From: an uncultured Chloroflexia bacterium
GTDB lineage: Bacteria > Chloroflexota > UBA6077 > JACCZL01
Assembly (NCBI GenBank): GCA_963765765.1
Contig: CAVXYC010000015.1
Location: forward strand, 448,001 to 512,000
Direction of reading: 5' to 3'
Length of the DNA: 64,000 bases
The position numbers and the translations under genes are program-made. The notes under the pieces are model-generated. The model saw only the letters and a list, made by a program, of their open reading frames with translations. It was not told where the DNA came from and made no database searches. Below are positions 39,480 through 47,969 of the stretch, piece by piece (positions within the stretch are counted from its first letter, which is position 1; each line of letters starts with the position of its first letter).

Positions 39480-40471
39480 CGATGAGTGTTGCAAAGGGAG
39501 CCGAAACGAAGTCCCCGCCACGCATTCCCTGGGGATTGATCCTCAAGATCTCGATAGCCGTTGCAGTCACGGCATACGTGTTGAGCCGCGCCGGATTGAC
39601 CGGCGCGTTGGAGACGTTGAAGTCAGCTCAATGGGGTGTCGTCGCCATGGCGGCGATCTTCGCAACCGTGGCCATGCTGCTCAACGTTACGCGTTGGCGC
39701 ATGATGATCGCCGCCCAGGGCTCTGACGCACCGCTTCCGACACTAGTTCGCCTTTATCTCGTCGGCATGTTTTTCAACAACATCTTGCCTTCGAGGTTTG
39801 GCGCGGACGTGGTGCGAGCGTACGGGGCGGCCGGTGTAGCAGCAGGGCGGACGCGCTCTGTGGCGTCAGTCGTGATGGACAGGCTCGTCGGCGCTATTTC
39901 TGTGCTCATCCTCGGCCTGGTCGCCGTTGTTGTTCGGCCATCCATGATCGAAGGCCGACTGGGGCAATCGTTCGTCGTCATGTTTGTGCTATTGGTTGGC
40001 CTGCTGCTCCTCCTACTGTACCGATCGGAGGGCACGAACCGATTTCGCGACGCCTTCCTGCGATTTACAGACGTGACGATTTTCGGGATTCGCATTCGAT
40101 CCCGAGTTGATGCCGCGATAGATGCCATGCGCTCGTACGCCGGTGCCCGCGGGCTAATCGTGCGTGCCCTCTTGATCTCACTGTTAGCTAACGGCCTGTC
40201 GATTCTGAATCTATATCTGTACGGATCTGCCGTGGACGCGGGCGTATCTCTGGCCGACGTTGCCTCGGTGGCGCCTATCATCCTTGCCGTCGGCCTGCTG
40301 CCGCTATCGATTAACGGACTGGGAACCGTGGAGCTCGCATTTGTGGTGCTCTTCGGCGCGATGGGGGTTCCTGAGCCGATCGCCCTGGCGATCGCGATTC
40401 TCAGACGCCTCGTCCTGCTCGGTATGAGCCTGGTGGGCGGCGTGCTCTACACGGTCAAGAAGTTTGGATAG
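39476..40471 (+). CDS. UPF0104 / lysylphosphatidylglycerol synthase TM-region (flippase-like) protein
   Basis: RW, GMFFNNILPS, DVVR, DRLVG and LPLSINGLG..E motifs. Confidence 0.85.
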   Translation: MTMSVAKGAETKSPPRIPWGLILKISIAVAVTAYVLSRAGLTGALETLKSAQWGVVAMAAIFATVAMLLNVTRWRMMIAAQGSDAPLPTLVRLYLVGMFFNNILPSRFGADVVRAYGAAGVAAGRTRSVASVVMDRLVGAISVLILGLVAVVVRPSMIEGRLGQSFVVMFVLLVGLLLLLLYRSEGTNRFRDAFLRFTDVTIFGIRIRSRVDAAIDAMRSYAGARGLIVRALLISLLANGLSILNLYLYGSAVDAGVSLADVASVAPIILAVGLLPLSINGLGTVELAFVVLFGAMGVPEPIALAIAILRRLVLLGMSLVGGVLYTVKKFG

Positions 40472-40598
40472 GGCCCGATTAGAGTGCGGCCGTCTTTGCC
40501 GTTTGGTCCTGAGCGGAGCGACTTCCGCGGAGCGGCTTCCACCGTTGTGAAACTGGCGATCGTAGGCGCAGTCCAAAGTCTGTCGCCGAACTAATCGC

Positions 40599-41780
40599 GT
40601 GACGACAGCTAGGAAGCTCCGCGTACTACGCGCGATCACTCGTCTTAACGTTGGTGGGCCATCGATTCACGCAATCATGTTGACGCGTGACCTCAATCCC
40701 AGGATATTCGAATCCCTTCTGGTGACGGGTGTCGAGAGCCCAACCGAGGGCACCATGCGGTACCTGGCCGACGAGAACGGCGTGCGGCCGCTGGTTGTTG
40801 AAGCCCTGGGACGAGAAGTAAGCCCCTTGAACGATGTGAAGACTCTACTGGATATGTACCGCGTCATTCGGCGCAATAAGCCTGACATCGTCCACACGCA
40901 CATGGCCAAGGCTGGCACCACTGCGCGACTCGCAGCCTGGCTCGCGCGTGTACCAATCATCGTCCACACGTACCACGGACATGTCTTCCACAGCTACTTC
41001 AGTCCGCGTAAGACGGCTATGTTTCTGGCTATCGAGCGCACACTTGGGAAGCTTACCGATCGTATCGTCGTGGTTGGCGACAAGCAAAAAGACGAGATTG
41101 CGGGGTTCAACGTCGCTCCCATGGAAAAACTCGTGGCGATACCGCTCGGTTTGCCACTCGAGCCCTTCCTTACCGCGGATGATGCTCGCGGCGAGCTTCG
41201 GCGAGATATAGGCATTGAGAACGACATTCCGCTGGTGGGCATCGTCGCGCGGCTGGTGCCAATCAAAGCACACGAGTACTTTCTTCAAGCGGCGCAACGC
41301 ATATCTGCACAGCGTGATGACGTCCATTTTGCCGTTGTCGGAGATGGCGAGCGCCGCGAAGAGCTCGAAACCATGGGCCGCGATCTGGGAATTGCCGATC
41401 GGGTACACTTTCTCGGCTGGCGGCGGGACATGCGGCAGGTTTATGCCGACCTCGACGTAGTTGTGCTTTCATCGCTCAATGAAGGCTCGCCCGTAGCGGT
41501 GATCGAGGCGATGGCGGCTGCTCGACCAGTAGTAGCCACCAGCGTGGGTGGAGTCGGCGAAGTGGTTGACGATGGCACAACCGGAATACTCGTACCTCCT
41601 CGGGATGCGGATGCCATCGCATCTGGAGTGCTGCGGTTCCTCGGGGATCCTGCCTGGTCCAAAGCTGTTGGGCTCGCCGGTCGATCATCCGTGGTGCCGA
41701 GATACGCAGTCAGCCGACTAGTTGGAGACATCGAGCGCTTGTACGTAGACCTCGCTCAAACAAAGGGTCTAGTTGCGTGA
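40599..41780 (+). CDS. Glycosyltransferase family 4
   Basis: ITRLNVGGP, HTHMAKAG and NEGSPVAVIEAMA motifs. Confidence 0.92.
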   Translation: MTTARKLRVLRAITRLNVGGPSIHAIMLTRDLNPRIFESLLVTGVESPTEGTMRYLADENGVRPLVVEALGREVSPLNDVKTLLDMYRVIRRNKPDIVHTHMAKAGTTARLAAWLARVPIIVHTYHGHVFHSYFSPRKTAMFLAIERTLGKLTDRIVVVGDKQKDEIAGFNVAPMEKLVAIPLGLPLEPFLTADDARGELRRDIGIENDIPLVGIVARLVPIKAHEYFLQAAQRISAQRDDVHFAVVGDGERREELETMGRDLGIADRVHFLGWRRDMRQVYADLDVVVLSSLNEGSPVAVIEAMAAARPVVATSVGGVGEVVDDGTTGILVPPRDADAIASGVLRFLGDPAWSKAVGLAGRSSVVPRYAVSRLVGDIERLYVDLAQTKGLVA

Positions 41781-41887
41781 GCGACGGCGGATGCACGCGG
41801 TGCTCGATCCTTAAGTCGGGAACTTCCATCCGGCAAAACCTGGTTTTTAGCGATTGTTCGGTTGGACTTCTCGCGGTGAACATGTGA
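41777..41887 (+). CDS. 36-aa bridging mini-ORF MSDGGCTRCSILKSGTSIRQNLVFSDCSVGLLAVNM
   Basis: GTGA overlap with the upstream stop and GTGA overlap with the downstream GTG at 41884. Confidence 0.5.
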   Translation: MSDGGCTRCSILKSGTSIRQNLVFSDCSVGLLAVNM

Positions 41888-43719
41888 ACTTCGGCGCTCA
41901 ACCCTTCGTGCTGGTGTATCCACTAGCGGCTATCGTCGCGTTGAGTGTGGCTCTCATCTCCACTCCCATCGTTTCCAAGTTGGCCGTGAGGCTCGGGGTG
42001 GTCGCGTATCCACAACGCGATCGATGGCACCAGGTGGTGACTCCACTTCTCGGTGGGGTCGCTATCTTTCTGGCCACGGTGCCGGTTTTCGTGTTGTTGC
42101 CACAGCCCAATCAGCCGGATATATTCGATCGCTTTGGTGGGCTGTTGGTCGGCGCCACGATCATGTTCTTCGTGGGACTTTACGACGATCTTCGAGGGCT
42201 GCCACCCTATGGAAAGATGCTTGCCCAGGTCGTCGCCGCCTGCGCATTGATCATTGGCGGATTGCCGCTGAATGAGATTCCGCTGCCCTTGCTGGTCGTC
42301 CCACTCAGCATTTTCTGGATCGTCGGCGTTACCAACGCGTTCAATCTGCTGGACAACATGGACGGACTTTCCGCAGGCATCGCCATGGTCGTTGCCCTCA
42401 CACTTGCTGGATACAACCATCTGCAGGGAGACCGGCAAATGGCGATGCTGTGTCTTGTGATTGCCGGGTCAACCGCCGGCTTCCTGGTGTTTAACTTCAA
42501 TCCGGCCAGGATCTTCATGGGGGACTCAGGTAGCTTGCTGCTCGGGTTTCTCCTGAGCGGAATCGTGGTGCTAGGCGCCAGTAAGGCGACAACCGAGCTC
42601 ATTGCTGCTCTCCTCATCCCCGTCGCGGTGATGGCGCTGCCGATCCTGGACACATCGCTGGTAACGGTGATGCGCGCGCTCAACGGCCGTCCGATCTCTC
42701 AGGGCGGGCGGGATCATCTATCACACCGTCTGGTGGCGTTGGGGCTGAGTGAGCGCAACGCGGTGTTGCTCCTCTGGGGCGTGAGCGCGTCAGCCGGCGT
42801 CCTCGTGCTGAGCTCACGCTTCATCGGCGGATGGACCGCTCTTTCCATCGGCGTTATGCTAGCCCTGGGTATCCTTTTTTTAGGAATCTACCTCGCGCAA
42901 GTGCGCATCTATACCCAGAAGGACTACGAGGAGATGGCGTCGGACCCCGGCCTCGTGGGCAAGCTGGTGCTCAGTGGCACGCTGCTCTACAAGCGCCAGG
43001 TCGCGGAGATGATGCTCGATCTCACGCTCATCTGCGTCTCACTTCTCGGGGCATATCTATTCCGATTTGACGGCGTTCTCGAGAAGCGATTCGTGGAGCA
43101 ATTCGTCGGTATCTTGCCGTACGTCGTGGCCGTAAAGCTCTCCGCGCTGTTCTTCCTTGGAAACTATCGCACCGTCTGGCGCTATCTTGGGCGTACTGAT
43201 CTCCTGCGTATGGTCGGGGCCAGCATTTTGGGCTCGGCCGTGAGCGCGGCAATTATTTTTGTGGTCTTCCGCGACGCAGGATTTCCTCGCTATGTGGTGC
43301 TCGGCGATTTACTCATATTCACGTCGCTGATCATCGGCGCGCGTGTTGTCTTCGTTTCAATTCCTGAGCTCATAGGTCGATTCCATCCGCGGGAGACCGT
43401 TCGTGTGGTCATCGTAGGAGCCGGGGACATTGGCGAGCTCGTCCTACGAGCTATTCGGCGTCACCCAACCAAGCCGTATCGAGTGGTGGGTTTCCTTGAT
43501 CGGGATGAATCCAAGGTCGATCGGGCCATTCAGGGTGTGCGCGTGCTCGGCTCCATGGAAAAGCTTGAAGATGTTGTGGCGCGTGAGCACGTCCAGGAGA
43601 TCGTTGTGGCGGGACCCGCCAGAGAACAGGAAGCACTGGCTGCTCGGTGTCGCCGCATGGGCGTGCCGATGTGGGACGCCGGATCATTCATACAAAATCA
43701 GCTCGAAGCGAACCCGTAG
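41884..43719 (+). CDS. WecA/TagO-family undecaprenyl-phosphate HexNAc-1-P transferase fused to a CapD/PglF N-terminal-like region
   Basis: TPLLGG, GLYDD, NAFNLLDNMDGL, FMGDSG and DHLSHRL motifs; then TM helices, WRY, VIVGAG..G and VGFLD. Confidence 0.88.
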   Translation: MNFGAQPFVLVYPLAAIVALSVALISTPIVSKLAVRLGVVAYPQRDRWHQVVTPLLGGVAIFLATVPVFVLLPQPNQPDIFDRFGGLLVGATIMFFVGLYDDLRGLPPYGKMLAQVVAACALIIGGLPLNEIPLPLLVVPLSIFWIVGVTNAFNLLDNMDGLSAGIAMVVALTLAGYNHLQGDRQMAMLCLVIAGSTAGFLVFNFNPARIFMGDSGSLLLGFLLSGIVVLGASKATTELIAALLIPVAVMALPILDTSLVTVMRALNGRPISQGGRDHLSHRLVALGLSERNAVLLLWGVSASAGVLVLSSRFIGGWTALSIGVMLALGILFLGIYLAQVRIYTQKDYEEMASDPGLVGKLVLSGTLLYKRQVAEMMLDLTLICVSLLGAYLFRFDGVLEKRFVEQFVGILPYVVAVKLSALFFLGNYRTVWRYLGRTDLLRMVGASILGSAVSAAIIFVVFRDAGFPRYVVLGDLLIFTSLIIGARVVFVSIPELIGRFHPRETVRVVIVGAGDIGELVLRAIRRHPTKPYRVVGFLDRDESKVDRAIQGVRVLGSMEKLEDVVAREHVQEIVVAGPAREQEALAARCRRMGVPMWDAGSFIQNQLEANP

Positions 43720-43732
43720 AGGTAGGAAAGCG

Positions 43733-44719
43733 ATGAAGGTACTGGTCACCGGTGGCGCGGGGTTCATCGGGTCGCACCTAGTGGAGGCGCTGCTCGCCCA
43801 TGGCGATGCCGTAACGGTCATCGATGACTGCTCCACGGGCTCACTGGATAATGCGCGTCTGCATGACGGGAAACCAAACTATCAATTCGTCCAGGGGACG
43901 GTGCTGGATCGACCTCTGTTCGAGAGTCTAGCCGCGGACGCGGACCACATCTATCACCTCGCGGCGGCGGTTGGCGTGCGCTGGGTCATCGATAATCCAC
44001 TGCAATCGATCATCACCAATGTGCGTGGAACTGAGACTGTGCTGGAGACAGCGGAGAGGACTGGCGCCCGGGTGCTCATCGCTTCGACATCCGAGGCCTA
44101 TGGAAAAAACGATTCGGACATGCTCAGCGAGGACGATGACCGCATTCTGGGCTCCACCCGCGTGACGCGCTGGCTTTATGCCGCGACCAAAAGCCTGGAT
44201 GAATGCCTCGCCTTTGCCTACTGGCAGGAGAAGCAGCTTCCGGTGGTCATTGTGCGGTTCTTCAATACGATCGGTCCACGCCAGACGGGTCGTTACGGGA
44301 TGGTTGTCCCGCGCTTCGTGGAGCAGGCGCTGAGGAATCAGCCGATCACTGTCTACGGCGATGGGGAACAGACCCGCTGCTTTACCGACGTGCGCGATGT
44401 CGTCCGTGCCATCACCGCGTTAATGAGCTCAGATCGTGCGCTCGGAGAGGTATTCAACGTTGGGCAGTCGAGTGAGATCAGCATCCACGATCTCGCGCTC
44501 CGGATTCGCGAGCTAGCCGAAAGCACCTCCGAGATCGCGTTGGTGCCGTACGACCAGGCATTCACGGGCGGCGGATTCGAGGACATGCGTCGGCGCGTGC
44601 CGAATGTTGAGAAGCTCCGCGGCGTGGTCGGTTTTTCACCAGCGATCCCGCTCGATGAGACGCTACGCCATATCGTGGAGGAGCGTCGGAGTAACCTGGC
44701 AGCCACAAACCCGGTCTGA
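43733..44719 (+). CDS. NDP-sugar epimerase/dehydratase/decarboxylase (SDR)
   Basis: TGGAGFIGSHL, HLAAAVGV, STSEAYG, YAATK and RFFNTIGPRQ motifs. Confidence 0.9.
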   Translation: MKVLVTGGAGFIGSHLVEALLAHGDAVTVIDDCSTGSLDNARLHDGKPNYQFVQGTVLDRPLFESLAADADHIYHLAAAVGVRWVIDNPLQSIITNVRGTETVLETAERTGARVLIASTSEAYGKNDSDMLSEDDDRILGSTRVTRWLYAATKSLDECLAFAYWQEKQLPVVIVRFFNTIGPRQTGRYGMVVPRFVEQALRNQPITVYGDGEQTRCFTDVRDVVRAITALMSSDRALGEVFNVGQSSEISIHDLALRIRELAESTSEIALVPYDQAFTGGGFEDMRRRVPNVEKLRGVVGFSPAIPLDETLRHIVEERRSNLAATNPV

Positions 44720-45151
44720 TGTTACTTCGCAGGTTTGCACTCTACTGGCTGCCGATCGTGATCTGGATGGCCGTCATTCTCGGGCTCTCGTCGCAGTCGA
44801 ACCTTCCGGCCCGCACCGATCTGAACACCGGTGAGAGAATCGGTACGACGTACTCACTCGCCAAAACATGGCACGTCATCGAGTACGCCGCGCTGGGAGT
44901 TCTCATATTTCGTGCGGCGCATAGTACCGGTGGTGGGCTTGGGCTTCGCCCCCGGGCGTGCGGCGCTGCTCTCCGCGGCCGTATGTCTCGCATTCGCTGG
45001 ACTTGACGAGCTGCGGCAATCTTTTGTTCCACGTCGCGAAGCGTCGATAAGCGACGTTCTTCTGGACGGTAGCGCCGCGACCATCGCGGTGATCGCGTGC
45101 GTGCTCTGGCTCCAGTCGCGTGGCCGGCTCCGAGCAACCCGACCTGGTTGA
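44719..45151 (+). CDS. VanZ-family membrane protein, frameshift at ~44952
   Basis: KTWHVIEYAALG, then DELRQSFVPRR..DVLLD in the next frame. Confidence 0.82.
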
Positions 45152-45161
45152 GCAGTCCTGA

Positions 45162-45577
45162 ATGATTGCCTGGCTATTGGCCTTCCTCTGGATGGCGGTC
45201 ATTCTCTACACCTCGTCGCTCGGCCAGGCGGTCACACCTGTCCAGGGCGCAATGCAGACGTTAGTCTCCAAGCTGGGTCACGTGACTGAATACGCCATCC
45301 TAGGAGGCCTGCTTGCCCTCGCGGTGCGACGCGAAGTTCCGGCTCCTGGAGGCCGATTCGATACGTGCTAGTTGCCGCGTTGATCGGCGGAACGTTTGCC
45401 GCGTTTGACGAGCTGCGTCAGTCTTTCGTGCCAGGACGAGAGCCGCGGGTCACCGACGTGCTTCTGGATCTTGCAAGCGTCACTGCGGGGGCGCTCGTCG
45501 CCACGTGGCGACAGCCGATGGTTGTTGATCCGTCAGTGGCAGCTTCGGCGGAGGAAACAGAAGAGCCATCACCCTGA
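45162..45577 (+). CDS. VanZ-family membrane protein, frameshift at ~45340
   Basis: KLGHVTEYAILG, then DELRQSFVPGR..DVLLD in another frame. Confidence 0.82.
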
Positions 45578-45601
45578 TCCCCTGGAGGTCAGGGTGATGG
45601 C
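45565..45601. terminator. 13-bp stem hairpin between convergent genes
   Basis: GCCATCACCCTGA / TCAGGGTGATGGC; no clear U-tract. Confidence 0.45.
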
Positions 45602-45636
45602 CCTTCGACCATTTGAATGCCTCTGACAAAGAGGGG

Positions 45637-46340
45637 CTACTTCGTCTCCTCGATCGTCACAGACTCGATCTTCACTTCATTCTGCGGCTTGGAGCGCTCC
45701 CCAGTGCTCGATGCACCTACCGGTACGCCGGCAATAGCATCCAGCGTCTCCAGACCCTGAGTGACCTGGCCAAAGACCGTGTAATTCTTCGGGAGCCGAC
45801 TCTTAAGGTCCGTGTGGCAGATGAAGAACTGGCTGCCCTGCGTGTTGGGGCCGGCGTTGGCCATGGCTAACGTGCCTCGCTCGTAGCTCTGTGGAGTGTT
45901 GAGCTCATCGGAGAATTTGTAGCCCGGGGCCGCCCATGCCCGGTGCCGGTAGGATCCCCAGTTTGAATCATGAAGTCTTTGATGATTCGGTGAAAGACCA
46001 CACCGTCGTAAAAGTTCTCACGCGCGAGAAACACAAAGTTGTTCACGGTGTTTGGCGCGTCCTTCGAGAACAAGTCCGCCTTCATTTCACCTTGCGACGT
46101 CTTAATGGTGGCGGTGTACTTGGCGTTCGGATCCAGCGCGAGTGCTGGGGGTGATGACCACTGCTTTGACACTGCTTGTGCTCCAGGTGATGCGGCTGGT
46201 TTTGCCGCCGCGGATGTTGCTGCCGATGTCGCCGCCACGGGCGGCGTCGTAGGTTTTGCCGGAGGTGCGGTCGGCGCGGATTGGCATGCCGCTCCAAGCG
46301 AGGCCGTGAGGCCAAGGGCGATAAAGGATCTCCGGTTCAT
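45637..46340 (-). CDS. Cyclophilin-type PPIase with Tat/lipoprotein signal; two extra G at ~45925-45941
   Basis: MNRRSF..LGAAC; FYDGVVFHRII..MIQTGDP; MANAGPNTQGSQFFI; YTVFG. Confidence 0.9.
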
Positions 46341-46341
46341 A

Positions 46342-47049
46342 TTAAATGGAGCGATTGATGGTGCTCCTAGCCTCCTTAGGGGCAATTGCTTGTTGGATAG
46401 CCTCGAGAAATGCCGCTTCCGGCTGAGCGCCCGTGAACTCCACTCGATCATTGATGACGATCTTGGGGACCGACATGACCTGGTACTTGCTTGAGAGCTC
46501 CGGGAACTCCGAGGCGTCAATCGCGTCAGCCGTGATGTGCTCATTGACCATTGCCATCGTGTGGGCCAACCTGGCCGCTTTGGGGCAGTATGGTCAAGTC
46601 GGTGTGCTGAATACCTGAATATGGACCGGTTCCGTAATCGCACTGAGAGCCGATTTCGTCTCGTCGGTCAAATTCACCGAGCCCGCGGAAACGTCCACGA
46701 TATCAGCAATCAGCGTAGAGAACTCATAGCCCGACGGCGCTCCTAGAAAGCGCACGACTCCGGCGTTGGTGCCGTGTAAGAGCACCGCGGGTACCTCTGT
46801 CACGCCGGCCTGAGCAGCCGCATCGGGCTCAGCCTGGATGTCATGTACTTCAACCTGCAGAAGGCTCGTGAGCTCGGCAAGCTCACGGATGAGGGCCTCA
46901 GTTTCGGGCCCACTTCCTGACTCCTGCCGTCCGGGAACAAAGAGTAGGGATGGCTTCTTGGAGAAGACTTCGATGCGCACTTCGGATGCGAGATCTCGAT
47001 CGAAGATCTCGCGAATCTGTTGACGTTCACGTTCAGGGATCATCGGCAT
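46342..47049 (-). CDS. Protein disulfide oxidoreductase (PDO / AhpF N-terminal-like), probable selenoprotein
   Basis: Single frame through TGA 46596-46594: FSTPT-U-PYCP; GAPSGYEF and VMSVP motifs; SD GGAG before ATG 47049. Confidence 0.88.
46564..46576 (-). promoter_or_regulatory. Candidate bacterial SECIS apical stem-loop
   Basis: GGCCA-GGU-UGGCC, G-initiated loop 22 nt after the UGA. Confidence 0.55.
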
Positions 47050-47083
47050 GAGTAACTCCGGGGCTGCTACCGGCACGTGGGGC

Positions 47084-47106
47084 GCGTCAGTAGATATTAC
47101 TGACGC
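47084..47106. repeat. Palindrome GCGTCAGTA-N5-TACTGACGC upstream of the selenoprotein gene
   Basis: Perfect 9-bp arms; preceded by GTAG on the minus strand. Confidence 0.65.
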
Positions 47107-47174
47107 CTACTGCAGGGAGGATACCAGGGGAGCAACGGACAGCGCGAGATTGGGCGTACTCGCACCCACATGTC

Positions 47175-47327
47175 CGACGAGCCCGGCGCGGGAACGCTGC
47201 CATCTTGTCGGCCGGCCGCCAAAGGGGCGCTCACGGCCGTAACGGCCACCGGACTGAGGGAATCTGCGAGGCGGCCTTTAGGGGCCCGAGCCAACAGGAT
47301 GTCGGTGGTCCCACACCGCGCTCGTCG
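47175..47327. repeat. Degenerate long inverted repeat (REPIN-like), related to the 27461 hairpin
   Basis: CGACGAGC/GCTCGTCG ends; minus strand TGGGACCACCGACATCCTGTTGGC resembles TGGGACCGCCGACATCCTGTCGGC. Confidence 0.7.
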
Positions 47328-47476
47328 AGCACTCGCTGGCTGCGTGGCCATTTTCGCCCCGCTCGGGGCGACACCATCTAGGAGGTCCAGCCGTTTCATG
47401 AGGGTGAGCACAACCACAAGCCAACCGACGTCTTCCTTCGGTGCGTGGATTTTGGGCCCACGGCCCGCCAGGCATT

Positions 47477-47485
47477 TGCTACAAT
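47477..47485 (+). promoter_or_regulatory. Putative extended -10 TGcTACAAT
   Basis: Near-consensus element 61 nt upstream of ATG 47547. Confidence 0.55.
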
Positions 47486-47546
47486 CTGACACGGGACCTC
47501 GAGCGGCACTTTTCGGAGGCGATTGAGGCACAAGGTGCAAGGTGAG

Positions 47547-47810
47547 ATGAACAAAGAATCGTTGACCAACCTGGCAGAGGGCGGCGTCAACGGACTGAAA
47601 TCCTACTCGCCCGTCCAGTTGTTTTTCCTGATGCGTTTGTCCTATCTGCAGCGGCAACGTCGGGAATGTATCAACGTGATTGATTCGCAGGACTGGCGAA
47701 TGCGCGTGCTCAATAAGGCGCTCTACTCTACATTCCAGGACTGCGAGCGAGAGGGAGTCGGTGGCGAAGCCAAGACCCTTCTTCAGCAACAGCCACCCCA
47801 GGCAAACTAG
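47547..47810 (+). CDS. Small hypothetical helical protein (87 aa)
   Basis: SD AAGGTGA, own promoter-like element, protein-like composition. Confidence 0.7.
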   Translation: MNKESLTNLAEGGVNGLKSYSPVQLFFLMRLSYLQRQRRECINVIDSQDWRMRVLNKALYSTFQDCEREGVGGEAKTLLQQQPPQAN

Positions 47811-47969
47811 GCTCGCCGCGGGAACGCCTTTTCTGAACATACTATGCCCGCATGATCCCGGCGTCTGGCCGGGATCGCTGCGTTTGATCGTCCGCTCCTC
47901 TCCATTTCCTGTGCTCCAGCATCGGCCGCTGCGTCCCTCACACCCGATCCCGATTGATGTTGCGGTCGC

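Noticed and set aside
38187-39521. 444-aa minus-strand ORF
   Set aside because: Antisense shadow of a well-formed GT4 gene, no motifs
46341-46643. N-terminal part of ORF 45867-46643
   Set aside because: Alternative frame of the PDO gene; the cyclophilin starts at ATG 46340 with a signal peptide
47175-47327. 6S RNA or other known ncRNA
   Set aside because: Arms match the local REP family, with no central bubble and no strand bias in G-U pairs
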